NCBI GenBank assembly: GCA_937896905.1
Contig: CALBOE010000006.1
Location: 382,232-446,231, forward strand
DNA: 64,000 nucleotides
From: an uncultured Clostridia bacterium
GTDB lineage: Bacteria > Bacillota > Clostridia > Christensenellales > UBA1242
Reading direction: 5' to 3'
The position numbers were made by a program, and so were the translations under genes. This document shows, piece by piece, positions 63,351 through 64,000 of the stretch. The stretch's first letter is position 1; each line of letters opens with the position of its first letter. The notes under the pieces were generated by a model. That model did not search any database and was not told the DNA's origin. It was given only the letters and a program-made list of their open reading frames with translations.

Positions 63351-64000
63351 ATGAAAATTTGGAAGTTTTTAAAAGTATTCTTAATTATTGTTATTGTGCT
63401 TGGCTCGGTGGGTGGCACAAGTTATTTCTTTTTTAAAACATTCCATAAGGAACAAAATGCATATGCCTCTATAAACGGCTTTGTTTATGGCACTAATTTG
63501 GAAGATTTTTCAAGAGAAATTTCCACAATTGACAAAACCGGAGGTGCAAGGTTTACCCTAATTGAAAATGTTAACGATGAAATGCAAGAAATTATTAAAA
63601 CTTTAAATGTGTATTTAATTAATGCAAGCGAAAAATCAGTTAACAATTCAGCAATTAACAAACAAATTAAGTCGGCTTATTCGCAAATGGAGCATGTTAG
63701 AAATCTTTTGGAAGAATATAGAATTAAATGCAAAAGTTCAAGTTTTAACAAAACTGTTGGGGCGAATGACTTGTATGTTGGGCTTTCTAACTATTTGGTG
63801 AGAGTTGCAAACCTAATATCCACTGTTAATGTGGAGTTAAAAAGGGTTGTTGTTAATTATGCGGTGGATTTAAAATTTCTTATGATAGACGTCTATGCAA
63901 ATTCTTGCGCGTATGCATTTGGCAATTTAGATAGAACTTTGTCGTTAACCAATCTTTCAACAAAAGGCAGTGCAAATTTAACAATTGTTAGAAATAATTT
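63351..64000 (+). CDS. Hypothetical membrane-anchored protein (3' end beyond window)
   Basis: Hand-checked frame is open from the ATG at 63351 to the window end. N-terminal TM 'FLKVFLIIVIVLGSVGGTSYFFF'. Absent from the ORF track because it has no stop. Confidence 0.55.
   Translation, partial: MKIWKFLKVFLIIVIVLGSVGGTSYFFFKTFHKEQNAYASINGFVYGTNLEDFSREISTIDKTGGARFTLIENVNDEMQEIIKTLNVYLINASEKSVNNSAINKQIKSAYSQMEHVRNLLEEYRIKCKSSSFNKTVGANDLYVGLSNYLVRVANLISTVNVELKRVVVNYAVDLKFLMIDVYANSCAYAFGNLDRTLSLTNLSTKGSANLTIVRNN

Overview
Low-GC, Bacillota-like chromosomal segment using genetic code 11 (TGA acts as a stop, e.g. the ATGA overlap at 17834). All calls rest on motif recognition by eye; no BLAST, HMM or folding program was run.

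Housekeeping flanks: gyrA 3' end, nrdDG with a divergent Crp/Fnr regulator, two DegV genes, a RumA-type rRNA methyltransferase, nrnA, a T-box-controlled aspS-asnS operon, argS, radC, phosphoketolase, ddh, a long RelA/SpoT homolog, a Ca-type P-type ATPase. A Wzx/Wzy-type surface-polysaccharide locus occupies about 12.5-23.5 kb.

Main finding: a ~15.5 kb integrative island (about 24344-39810) sits in the anticodon loop of a tRNA-Thr(GGU) gene.
- The host gene's promoter and 5' half lie at ~39.97-40.06 kb. The matching 3' half and terminator lie at ~24.23-24.34 kb.
- The 5' half plus 42 nt of island-end sequence is repeated as three 80-bp tandem units.
- The island supplies its own complete, sequence-divergent tRNA-Thr(GGU) just inside its end, positioned downstream of the host promoter.

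Island content:
- Mobility and maintenance: tyrosine integrase, excisionase-like HTH, RepA_N-like protein, and two repeat- and hairpin-dense non-coding regions.
- Defence-type cargo: BcgI-like Type IIB R-M with an AbrB-type small regulator, a Hachiman-like nuclease+helicase pair, a T5orf172 protein, an HTH-Fic/GNAT operon, and a HEPN-motif protein.

Outside the island, an uncharacterised five-gene cluster lies at 8.3-11.3 kb and includes a possible HipA-like kinase-fold protein. No CRISPR array, rRNA gene or IS transposase was seen.
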